This document shows positions 1 through 10,522 of a stretch of DNA of 20,000 nucleotides, piece by piece (the first letter of the stretch is position 1; every line of letters starts with the position of its first letter). Location of the stretch: positions 52,868 to 72,867 of the forward strand of contig JYFJ02002748.1 of the NCBI GenBank assembly GCA_000934665.2, in the 5' to 3' direction. This DNA comes from Catajapyx aquilonaris (lineage: Eukaryota). The position numbers were made by a program, and so were the translations under genes. The notes under the pieces were generated by a model that saw only the letters and a list, made by a program, of their open reading frames with translations, searched no databases and had not been told where the DNA came from.

Positions 1-13
1 CTGGATTCGACCG

Positions 14-70
14 TTTGTTCGGGAAAAAAGCCGTATCTGCTTGCAGATACGGCTTTTTTCCCGGAACAAA
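14..70. repeat. 27-bp-arm hairpin/palindrome
   Basis: tttgttcgggaaaaaagccgtatctgc-tt-gcagatacggcttttttcccggaacaaa; perfect except for one bulged G. Confidence 0.9.
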
Positions 71-2380
71 ACATCATAACTGTACTGAACCCACCTCGAA
101 GGCCGGTCCAGGCTGTACTTTTTTCCAAAATTGAAGGGTGTGTAAGTGGTGCCAGAGAAACCGGATGGAATCCGATGATGATGATGATGGCCACAGTGGC
201 GATGATGATGGCCGAGCACGCATTTTGGACACATGTCTCTTTTAAAAACCTCGAAACTTCACCCCCCTCCGGATATTCAAAAGGGTCCTTTTTACAGGAT
301 CCGTTCAGATGACGCCCACCAACTTTGAGAGATGAACCAGCTCAAGGGTTATCATCTGGCAGGGTTGCCAATGAGCCTTGAACCTCCCCCACATTTACAG
401 CCACCTGCCCCCCCAGTTTTTTATGTATATATTTTTAAAAACAGGCGACTAATTCCACGCTTTCATTAGACTGAAGAGGCTTGAAATTCCCCGAATTAGT
501 CCACCGGTCGTTAGACAAATAGGGGGCTTATTTTTAGACGCCTTGATTGACATCGGAGGCTGAGACAAAGGACAATAAATGCCTTTCTATTCGGTTATGG
601 ATCACACCCATACCATCAGAACAGGCGGGCAATTATCATGCGCGATATTGTGGGTGGGACTAGGGCGGTGCACGTGCGCTCAACATGTGCCATACGTTGT
701 GCCAGACAAGCCCAAACAACAACTAAATAAAAATAAATGCCCTAAACTGTCATGGCGGCTCTCCAACGATACCATCAAACTATGGAGGTCGAATCTAACA
801 TCAGCGCTTCTTTCACTGAGTGACAACCGCACACTAACCCCCATTGTGCACTACCAGTCTAAACTACACCTGGTAAATGGGATCCAAAATAAGGGGGGGA
901 CCCCTCACTTCACCTTGGGTTAGGGTTATGGGATGACCACGAAACTCTTCCCTCTCAGGGGTATATTCTCCCTTTCTACTCTACACGTTTATCTTAAAAT
1001 ATGCAGCCTCGCCCTATCCCTCCCATATTTTTTTTCTTAGGTCTAATCTAACCCACCCCGGGGAAGAGTTGGTAAAAAATAACTCCCCAAAAATTTTGGC
1101 CCCATAGGAAAAACCTTCTCGTGCTATCCAACCAGCAGCAATTCCATTACGGTACCCGTAACGCTAATGCACCCACGACTAATTGGACACATGGTCGCCG
1201 CATGTCACTTTTCAACTCTAAAGTAAATCAACATTTCAATGGTTGGCAGTTTTTTTCTGCCAGCTCACGACCTGCCTAATTGTATAATCACGAATTGGTG
1301 ATATGTAATTTTTGATATGCAAACACGCGCCTGTATTTAATTTGGAGGGGGGAAAAAATTGTCACCTACATCATTCTAATGTACGTTCGAGGCCTAATGA
1401 ACTCGGCGCAAATAATCACAAATCATGCATCAAAATTACCCACGCGATATGCTCATTTTTGTACCTTTCCTGCTCGTGTCCCAAACACATTCGCCATACT
1501 CTCCACACATTATTTACATCCCAAGTTCACCCCCATAAATCGCCTGTTTTAAAAATTGCAAAATATTGGCTTATTGTTAAATCCACCTTTTTTGTGGGAA
1601 TAACTACCAGGATCATTTCATCACCTGTTCCGAGTGGCATGAATCCCTAAGCGGCAGCATATTATTCCGTCCTAATAGTCCAATCGTTACTTTTGCGATG
1701 GTGATACCTCCGTGTATCTGGTGGTCTTCTCTCAACACCTGCGCAAAACCTGCATGTGTCCAACACATCCCGGACTATAAATTCGTCCACACACCGCAAT
1801 TTTCACCCGGTCCACACAACCGGCGTCGTTTACTGCTCAAACCAGAAAGCGCCTTCCAGTTTGAGAAGCCCTCCCAGAGAGTCTACCTGTACCAAAAAGA
1901 CCTTTAAGAAAAAAAAGCAAGGGACGCGCATTTAGGGGGGAAGGGGGGGGGGGGGGGAAATCATAATTTATTTCTTGTATGAAAATGGGGCGTCGTTCCG
2001 GCACCGCAACGCGTCTGGCAGGTTTTTCCCTTGGAGCTCTTTAGAAGGGGGGGATACCCAATGGTCCACCGGAGGAGCAAGGGTATAAATTCTTTCCGGG
2101 CTAGTTTCAACTCTCCCCCCACCCCCCTTCTCCTCTACCTTTTGGTCTGATCCGAAAACCCAAAGGCGGGCAAGCAGGTATCTCAAGATGCCAGCCAGCT
2201 TTCTTTGCCCACTGTCTTTCGGTGGTGCTGGGCATCATTCACTTGACTGTTTGCCTCGCACCTGCTTCCGCTTCCCGGACAGAATCCATAGAATGCAGTT
2301 TATTTGCTGCTGCCACTCTTTGCTGGCAGACTAAACAAAAGGAAATGGTGGGGGTGAAATGGGCTGTGCCGGATTTAGGC

Positions 2381-2490
2381 GGCGGCCATTTTGGGACACT
2401 GGGACGCCCATTTTGTTTCGCACAGATATGGAGGCAGCCATTTTGTATGACGTCACCGAGCGGCCATTTTGAATAAAATCGGCCATTTTG
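2381..2490. promoter_or_regulatory. Cluster of five (G/C)CCATTTTG YY1/Pho-like motifs plus one TGACGTCA
   Basis: Copies at 2385, 2407, 2437, 2463 and 2482; CRE-like palindrome at 2448-2455. Function is not shown. Confidence 0.45.
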
Positions 2491-4738
2491 TCACATGCAA
2501 CTTGATAATTCCACATTGTCTTAGCCGGCCTAATAATGCAAAGTGTACTTTAGTAAAACCCTAATGAAAGGCCACTTAGCTTGATAACACATTGCGACTA
2601 TACGTATGCATGCTAATGACTCCGAAGTGCAAATGCACGGCAGATGACATGCAGAAGCGTGATGCATTTACATCAAAATAGCTGGCTCAGTACACGCCTA
2701 CTAACAATATTACATCAAAATATGACATCAAATTATAATCAGGCATTTATGCCTATAATTGCTACGCTCTCGCCCTGTTGTTATTAGTTGCTAATGGTGC
2801 GACTAAAATTGCGCCGTTTGTACATTAATACAGCGCACTTCACACATACACATGCACACAAAAACAACGCATTCCTTAGTTGCGTAAGCCACTTCTTAGC
2901 AGTTACAAAGCTCTCGTTTAGTATCTTCGCACTTGCTCATGCCAGCCAGTGCATTTGTCATCATTTTCATCACTCCTAATACCAATTTGTAAGCAACTGT
3001 ACATTCTGCAGCCCCAGTGACTGCATCAGTGCTGGTGACGACACACCGACTAATTCACCATCATTGCTACAACATTTCAATGTCCATCGGGCAGACGTTC
3101 CTCCACCGGCATATCAACGGTCCTATTAAACATTAGTATTTCTAATCACGTCCGAACTTTCAACCCCCATCTATTAATATCTCCCGACTGAATATTTTTA
3201 CCATTTTTTTTAAACATCACAATCTACAATGTCCGGACATCAGATTCGCCCAAATCGCACAAACACCACGATAAGCACCTCAAAAAACACTTGTTCGGGT
3301 ACTGTCTGTAATCAGTCACTTGGTAGCTATCACCACCATCACTTTTGCAGCTTGCCAGCACCCAACAGAACCGACTTTGCAAATTAACAGGCTGGATAGT
3401 CTCCAATATGGAATTTTCGCGCCTACTAACAAGTCACCGGTGCCGGTCACCGTGACCTCAGCTTGATATTACTAACAACAGGATTATTTGCTCCTAGCAA
3501 CAGGTGCACTTACCGGTCGCGGTTGTAATATCCCAGCGGCCTACACATACGACACATACACACGCACAGGGCAAAGTGGGGAGTACTGAGGGACAGTAAC
3601 GGAATCACGCTAGGTCATTGGCACCTACGTCACGCTGACGTCACCCTGGTTGGAGCCAACCAAAGGTCGCAAGCCTCGAGGAACCACCGAGGTACAAACC
3701 CTTGTTGGGAGATGGTTGGCTGTGCCCAACAAGTGCCTTATTTAGCACACCACACAGTATGTACAAAAAAAAGGGGGGGAAGTGGTAATGGACTCATTCC
3801 TCCAGAGTCCCCTGCTCATTAGACCTTTCTTTTGGTGGCCCGTCACCTGCACGAGCAACGGATCAAAATGTCATTTATCAGAGGCCTCTTAATGAATAAA
3901 AGGGTGGGTGATCGGAGTGGAAAAACTGTTGATTACCCGCAATCTGTGGCGGGCCCCCTTGTGATCGTGGGGCGGAGGCAAATAGACGGTGGAAAAACGG
4001 TGGGGTGGGTCCAGGCTGGCGTGACGACCGTGACATGGTGGGGGGCGGATTGTGGTTAGGTCATGTCTGTATGACTATTGCAACAAAAGTCTGGACAAAC
4101 AAACTGCCGCCTATAACAGGGATTTCCAACCACCCTGTGTCTGAAAAATTGCATGACCTGAACAATGCAACAATGACCGGTTAATTATTCCCCTCATCCT
4201 CAATATTGTTGTCAGGCGCTGACAAGACGTCCATCCAGCCTGGGTTGTAGGGGTCATCCATTGAGGCTCTCAACACTTCCCAGTCAGTGAACCCACGGTA
4301 ATCTCCCAAAATAACCCCTCCCATCAATGTGTCTTCCTGCAAGAAGTCTTGGAGGGGGGGCTGCACTAGAGGGGTTATCGGCTGGCCTATTGATACCCTG
4401 CATAGAGACACTTCTATTCTTAGTCTGTCTCACTCTGATCGGGATCGCCAGACACCAGGCATTGTCACCTATCGGACCCGGTCATCACCTCGAGGGTAGT
4501 GTCGCCTGTCAAAGAGTCAATTTCAGGCGCCTCCAAAGATGGAATCGCGGTCTTAAAATTAGAACTGGGCGGAACTTGGCCACTGGGCGAACTGCAACAA
4601 TACCCCCAACAATGTCATTTACATTGTAGGCCACGGCTCAACCCGCAACGTCTCATATGAATGCAAAATGGGCCACCAGTAATATGCAGTAATGTCAACT
4701 GCTGTTCCTCCAGCTCTATTAGGTACCCTATTGAAAGC

Positions 4739-4819
4739 GCAGATACGGCCTTTTTGCAAAGAGGTGCAGATACGGCTTTTTTGAACATCAGTGAAGATAC
4801 GGCTTTTTTCTAAATCAGT
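4739..4819. repeat. 3 x 27-bp tandem repeat with core AGATACGGCyTTTTT
   Basis: Units start at 4739, 4766 and 4793. The core matches the arm of the hairpin at 14-70. Confidence 0.85.
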
Positions 4820-5638
4820 GCATAACATGCCCGTGATGGCAACAATAGTCCGCCACATTTTACGCCCGTGTGAACAACCCCAGTGTCAACTACACCTCCC
4901 CCCAACGACGACAACGCCCGTGTGAACCCACGCCCGCCTCCCGGTCCAAATCCGATAGAATAAAAAGTGTTTATACTCACCTCAGCCGGCGCAGGTCAGC
5001 AACAAGTGTACCGGAAAAAGGGCCCACACTCACTACGCCCTTTTTCTTCCCTCCCCAATTATTTCCCCTCTCTCTCATGCCGGGCGTATATCCAGCCTAA
5101 AAAGAGGGGAGGTTGGCCCCTTCCACCGACCGCCACTCGCCTGCAAAACCCCATGGGGGAATGAGGGCCTCCGCCACGTGGTCCTCTAAAAAGAGTGCCC
5201 CCACTCCCACACAACCCCGCCTTTTCCTCCCAAACTGTATAAAACACCCCCCAACCATTACAGGGCGGGCTACTAAAAAAGAAAGAAAAAAAAGACCCAG
5301 GGATTGAACCTCCCTCGCTGGGTCGGCCATCTTGGCGTTACAAAATCACGCGTGACACGGGGCCATTTGAGGGCCACAAGTATGGAGATGGGAGGCAAAA
5401 GGCGCGCGTACCTATAAGGGGAGTCGCCGGCCTTATAATTGCATGGTGGAGGAGGCGTACTCTGTATTATTTTTGGGGATGGTGGTGGGGTGGTCTTTTG
5501 GGAGGACCGCTGTTGAGGACGGCGGTGGTATCTGGCGGTTGGTGAGGGAATGAAGGAAAGATTGGGGAGTACTTGTGGCGACACCTAGTGGTCATTAAAA
5601 ACCATTGTATGGTATTGTACACAACCAGTTAATGGAGC

Positions 5639-5644
5639 TTTATT
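5639..5644 (-). promoter_or_regulatory. Putative polyadenylation signal for exon A
   Basis: AATAAA on the minus strand ~156 nt after the stop codon. Confidence 0.55.
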
Positions 5645-5800
5645 TATATCCAAAAATGAAAAGACAAATTATTTGTTTACTGTACTCGAGTCATCAGATG
5701 ATGATGACAATAATCACCTTAAGGAGTACTCCTCATAGAGGAGCTCCGAATAATCATATATGAAAAATGAAAATCTCCTTCCCATTGCATTGCTTTAAAA

Positions 5801-7033
5801 TTACCACAACAAGGGCGGCAACAAATTGCATGGCGGCTTGGACTTATCACCATCTTCATGGACGAAAACTGTACGGTCGCCAACATTCTTGCTAAAACGA
5901 CTCTTGCTGGTGTCGACAAATATCTCCCATCGCATCCAACCACAAAAATGGATCCTTTTAGAGCACTTGGGAGAGTAAAAATCGCATATTTTTGCGACAG
6001 GCACAAGTTTGCCTGTGCACATGAAATCAAAAAGCGGGGACCAACAACAGTCACAGACCCCAGACACACCAAAGTAAGAAATGTGGTGGGTGAACAAATC
6101 CTTTTCTAGAAGATCTTCCACCACTTTGACAAAACCAGGAACAGACACGGCCTTCACATATTCCAGTTTGGGAGAGGTGAGAAGCATCACAAGATCATGG
6201 ACAGGTAGGGAGAGTTCATCACAATGATTCATTCCGGTCATTATTTTCAACTTAATTAGATGCTCAAATGGTTCATGGATGCTGTTGAATTGCATTTTAT
6301 AAATATTATCCTTCAGAGTCAGCTCCTGCAAATTTGGACATGCTGATCTGACATCAGCCAGGTACACAGAAGGCACCGACACCAGTTTGAGAACTGTCAG
6401 TCCCTTTCCACAATCCCTGGTGATGCCATACCACTCCATCGCCTCCGTATTATCCTCTAAGATACGGTCAATCACTTTAAGCTTTTTCACGTTTCCCAGC
6501 ACTTCTACATCATGACTGCAGCATCCATGATCAGTTAAGTCCTCAGTCAACTTGTGTATGCTAGGATACTGCCTGAGGCATGTATTCAGTACATCACAAC
6601 TTTGGTGTGTTGAGTACATTTCCGTGAGCTTTAGATTCAAATGGCTACCTATTGAGTACAGGACCTGTGCAGTGGCTTCATGCTGAAGGCTCTTGAGTTC
6701 ACGTAAGTTCATGAAAAGAGTGCGGATACCATCCTTTGTGACTTGGGTGTACCTGACATCTACAGCCGTCAGTTTCTTGCAGCATCCAGACTTTGTCTCC
6801 TGTGTTGTGTTTGGGACGCACAGGGACATCACACCATCATCAGTTACATCTTTACATCTTGAAACATCCAACACTGACAGCATGGCAGCATGGGAACCCA
6901 ACTTACATAATACACCATCATTGATGTGACATCCTCTTAGGTAAAGTTCTTCCAGATTCTTCAACAAATGACAGGTTTCTTGAAGAAGTTCACTTAGGTC
7001 ACAGGTGTCAGATAAGTTCAGGATTCGCAGATT
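5801..7033 (-). CDS. LRR terminal exon A (410 aa), paralogue of B and C; no dedicated 5' exons seen
   Basis: The 388-aa ORF is open back to the acceptor tttctgtctctag|AATCTGCGA (phase 0), with a branch-like CCTAAT at 7062-7067. LRR motifs: NLEELYLRGC, LSVLDVSRCKDVTDDGV, CPNLQELTL. The frame is intact. Confidence 0.88.
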   Translation of the reverse strand, partial: NLRILNLSDTCDLSELLQETCHLLKNLEELYLRGCHINDGVLCKLGSHAAMLSVLDVSRCKDVTDDGVMSLCVPNTTQETKSGCCKKLTAVDVRYTQVTKDGIRTLFMNLRELKSLQHEATAQVLYSIGSHLNLKLTEMYSTHQSCDVLNTCLRQYPSIHKLTEDLTDHGCCSHDVEVLGNVKKLKVIDRILEDNTEAMEWYGITRDCGKGLTVLKLVSVPSVYLADVRSACPNLQELTLKDNIYKMQFNSIHEPFEHLIKLKIMTGMNHCDELSLPVHDLVMLLTSPKLEYVKAVSVPGFVKVVEDLLEKDLFTHHISYFGVSGVCDCCWSPLFDFMCTGKLVPVAKICDFYSPKCSKRIHFCGWMRWEIFVDTSKSRFSKNVGDRTVFVHEDGDKSKPPCNLLPPLLW

Positions 7034-7191
7034 CTAGAGACAGAAACAAAAATGTGGGAATATTAGGTCACATCATCCACAGAATATATCCCTTTCAGTG
7101 GCAATGTTTTACAAGTAACAATAGATTCAAGTTGAAACTGGTGCTCTCGGACAACCAGTATTCTGTGTCCTGAGCCATTAATTGCGAGTTT

Positions 7192-7299
7192 GTTTGTTTG
7201 TTTGTTTGTTTGTTTTTGCTTTATTTATCCTTTGTCGGCCTGCAGTACATGCCGCTCAGCCGACCCTCCTCCTCCTTCACATGATGACATTTACATTTA
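7192..7299 (-). mobile_element. Short 5'-truncated non-LTR retro-insertion (LINE/SINE 3' end)
   Basis: 15-bp direct repeat ATTAATTGCGAGTTT at 7177-7191 and 7300-7314. On the minus strand: GTCGGC...GCCGAC stem, then AATAAA (7220-7225), then a (CAAA)n tail. Confidence 0.75.
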
Positions 7300-7998
7300 A
7301 TTAATTGCGAGTTTCAGTGTTGATTTGGTGAAGTCATTGTTGCCACGTGGCTCTGATCAGTAGCCTACTCAAGATTCAATATCCTACTGTGTCACTGGTC
7401 ATTGTTCTAATTAATGGGAAACTTCCTACATGTGAAATCCTTCTCATCTGAGGCAGAGAATGAGGTGAGCCAGGGTGGCAGGCCTGGAACCTATTGTCTA
7501 CATAGCACATACCCACAAGCAACTTTGCGATTCTTAACATTGAGATATAACTCTTTTGCAGTCATGAAACTCTGCTATATTGTAAACCATTTATGCTGCT
7601 GCAGATATTTTCAAAAGCATTCTAGATGCAAGTTAAATGCCATAATGCCCATAAATATTGGCGTCAACATGGTTTTTAAAACTAAGTAATATTTACGCAT
7701 TCATATAGTTCCTGTACTATAAGAGGACTCCAATAGTACACTGTATTACATGTCTGCATAATAAATATTAATTATTGAAGTACAAATTCATTTCAAATTT
7801 TTCACCAACATTTTCAACAAAACTGACATTTACAGTGTGGCACACTAAACTACACTAAACCAGGAGCATCAGAACACTGATATAGTTCACTTTGATAACA
7901 TAAACTCTCATACAAATTTTTGATTTCTAAAGAACATGGGTTACTAAATTTTCAAAATTCAAGAACCTTAGGCCTGTGGAAATTGAAATTATTGAGTA

Positions 7999-9478
7999 GG
8001 GGAGACCAGGACTAGATGGCACACTTTTTACATTTCATTTTGTTCTGAGGTCAGTAAAGACTTATTCACTGCAGTTTTTATACTGATAAATACTTTAGAC
8101 ATTTGAGAATATATGTGATATTTTCGCATGGTTGTATTTTAGATATGCTATCCACTAGAAATTACAGCAAAACTTCCATAAGTCGAACTTCCCTAAGTCG
8201 AAGTTCTCTATAAGTAGAAGAAAATGATGAGCTTGGTTGGTCACAATGTAAAATAATGGGAAATAAACTCCCCTAACTCGAAGTTCTCCATAACTCGAAG
8301 TGCAGGCAGGGCCTTACCATGGGATAGCAATGCATTTTCAGTCTCCCTAAGTAGAAGTTCATGTTGGTGAGTACGGAAAATTTGCTCATTTCCCAGTCGA
8401 AGGGTCGAGAGTAGGCCACGTGTACAGAAAGGCTCAATTTCCTGATTCTCAATTTCTCCGTCTACCAGACGTACCGCACGAAGTGTTTGACTCGATTGTG
8501 GCAATGGAATCCTTGAATCTAAGAGTACACAATGCACATAACTTTTTTTTGCAACAAAACAACGAGGAACATTGTAAAGGTGATAGTGACAGTTATTTTC
8601 CAGTTTTGAAAACCTTTCGTTGCTGGATATAAAGGTAGGCTTCCATATAAAGTTCTGTGCTTTAAAAAATCCAAACTTCTCTAACTCAAATCTTCTATAA
8701 CTCGAAGTCTTTTCCAGTCCCATGGAGATTCGACTTATGGAAGTTTTACTGCTATTTAAAAAGTCTCCCCACATGTGCCATCGTGACCCGTGGCCGCGGC
8801 ATGATGGCACAAGGCATGTTGGCACAGTCATATAAGGCTAAGGAAGGGCTTATGAAATAATATGAAAATCACATACATTATCGATTCATATCAATATAGT
8901 TGCAAGAGAATACAAAGATATTACAAAGATATTTAAAACTTTTTGCCTGCAGGATAACATAGCGTTTCCTCCAGCTAATAAGGAGCAAGTAGATGGCAAT
9001 TGGGGAAGGTGCATGGGCCCGGCCTAATAAGTTACAGGGGAGAGGCACTAGAGCCTGCCATGGTCCGCCAAAGTTGATAGGGACATGTGTCAACATGCCC
9101 CAAGCAAAATGTGCCAACATGCCTCATAGGGATTTTTTTACCTTTCGAGTTCTCCTGCTCTTGAGTGACAAATATATTAAATGGACATATATGCTGTCAT
9201 TTTGTAGGCAGATATTCTGCCTTGCAAACTCATTGTGCTGGGTGATCTAGTTGGAAGAAGAAAAAAACCTACTGAAAATTGGAAATTTACTCAAATGGTC
9301 AAAAACCGACAAAATCGGTACTGCCGCCAGCATCTTTTGCGATTGAATTGAAAATAGGATGTAATGTGGTATGTGGAGCATGTCTAACTGCACCTACCAC
9401 ATAAGCATCAGGTCCGTGAACCTAATGGCGAATGGCCTATTCACAAATTTGACTGTGCCATTGTGCCCCGGTCTCCCC
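7999..9478. mobile_element. Non-autonomous TA-flanked DNA transposon (pogo/Fot1-like by termini)
   Basis: ~25-bp imperfect TIRs (GGGGAGACCAGGACTAGATGGCACA / GGGGAGACCGGGGCACAATGGCACA), TA on both sides, and internal TGGCACA/TGTGCCA repeats. Confidence 0.8.
8165..8751. mobile_element. Tigger/pogo-like MITE nested in the 7999-9478 element
   Basis: 23-bp TIR CAG(C/T)AAAACTTCCATAAGTCGAA and multiple subterminal TAA(C/G)TCGAAG repeats. TA on the left; the right flank is imperfect (CTA). Confidence 0.8.
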
Positions 9479-9482
9479 TATA

Positions 9483-9627
9483 CAAGGGGGTAACAACTTC
9501 GTGGAACAGATGTACAGGGTCCCGCTGGAACCAGCTTGGAACTGGTCTGGAAGCAGGCTGGAACCAGGTGGAATCACCTGGTTCCAGGATCTGGTGTACC
9601 CTTTTTTGGGGAGTTGTTACCCCCTTG
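9483..9627. mobile_element. 145-bp MITE with 8-bp TSD (P-element- or hAT-like)
   Basis: 16-bp perfect TIR CAAGGGGGTAACAACT; TSD CCCCTATA at 9475-9482 and 9628-9635; internal CTGGAACCAG repeats. Confidence 0.85.
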
Positions 9628-10059
9628 CCCCTATATCAATAATCTGGTGCTCAGAGAAGATGCTGGCACTTGAAAGATGATTTTTTTTTTACACATATTT
9701 TACCTTTGAACAATTGTATTTTTTGATTGAAGGGACTATTTCATCACAACTAATTATAATGCAACAATATTTCCACCTCTTGTAAAAAGCAAGAACTAAC
9801 TGATATCTGGGAGAGATTAGTTTATGGGATAAATCCTGCAACAGACGAATCACTAGAATTTTTTCTACTGACTCAAGGAGTCTTGTCCACTGTTAGGCTG
9901 GGTCATATGCACTGTCTGGCATTGCTCACTTTGACAAATGTGTAACCAACTGCATACATCGACATAAAATATTTTGGAGAACCATGCACATTTCTTAGTT
10001 ACGAAACTGGCATCTCAAATCTTTTGTGCTAATCAATCGATTGAACATGGTGAGACAAT

Positions 10060-10065
10060 TTTATT
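10060..10065 (-). promoter_or_regulatory. Putative polyadenylation signal for exon B
   Basis: First AATAAA I found on the minus strand downstream of the stop, ~457 nt away. Confidence 0.4.
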
Positions 10066-10522
10066 GCACACATTACACATTCTTGACAAAAGATATGGAA
10101 ACTTATAAGCATAAAATGGATATGTGCAGGTATCTCAGACCTTTCCACATGTGACAGTGCATTCACCATGCCCAATTACCCTTAAAATAGGTAACATTAA
10201 TTTTTTACAGATTTGAACTACTTGACTCCCAGTCAACTCGTTTATCTTAGAGGTTTATACCAACTTACAAACAACAAACCATCAGACCCTGGTGAGATCT
10301 AAATAGCAAATGGTCATGTTTGTCAAAACATGATTTCTTCAATATCTCACACATCACTGCAACAATTTATCAGTACATTATGCCTCTCTAAAATCAACAT
10401 GTAGCTGAACATTATGTTCATTCCCTGTGCTCATAATTGGAAAAATATTAACCATGACAATGAAGATGACCTTATTCTCCTTACTGTTATTAGTCATGAT
10501 GCACTTCTATCACACAAGTATT

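Noticed and set aside
1528..1566. Minus-strand ILQFLKQAIYGG, reminiscent of a protein-primed PolB motif
   Set aside because: It is surrounded by stops and no other polymerase motifs were found.
1845..1885. Minus-strand EGFSNWKAL, reminiscent of a TTF/ZMYM zinc-finger motif
   Set aside because: The flanking Cys/His pattern is absent; likely chance.
4739..4819. 27-bp repeats as a CRISPR array or a 9-aa coding repeat (TDLEKSRIF/TDVQKSRIC/TSLQKGRIC)
   Set aside because: There are no spacers or cas genes and the context is eukaryotic. The same motif forms a DNA hairpin at 14-70, which favours a nucleotide-level role.
5581..5589. CTAG|T as a canonical Helitron 3' end
   Set aside because: There is no GC-rich hairpin just upstream.
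8241..8831. 196-aa minus-strand ORF
   Set aside because: It lies almost wholly within nested MITEs, reads through their subterminal repeats and has no transposase motif.
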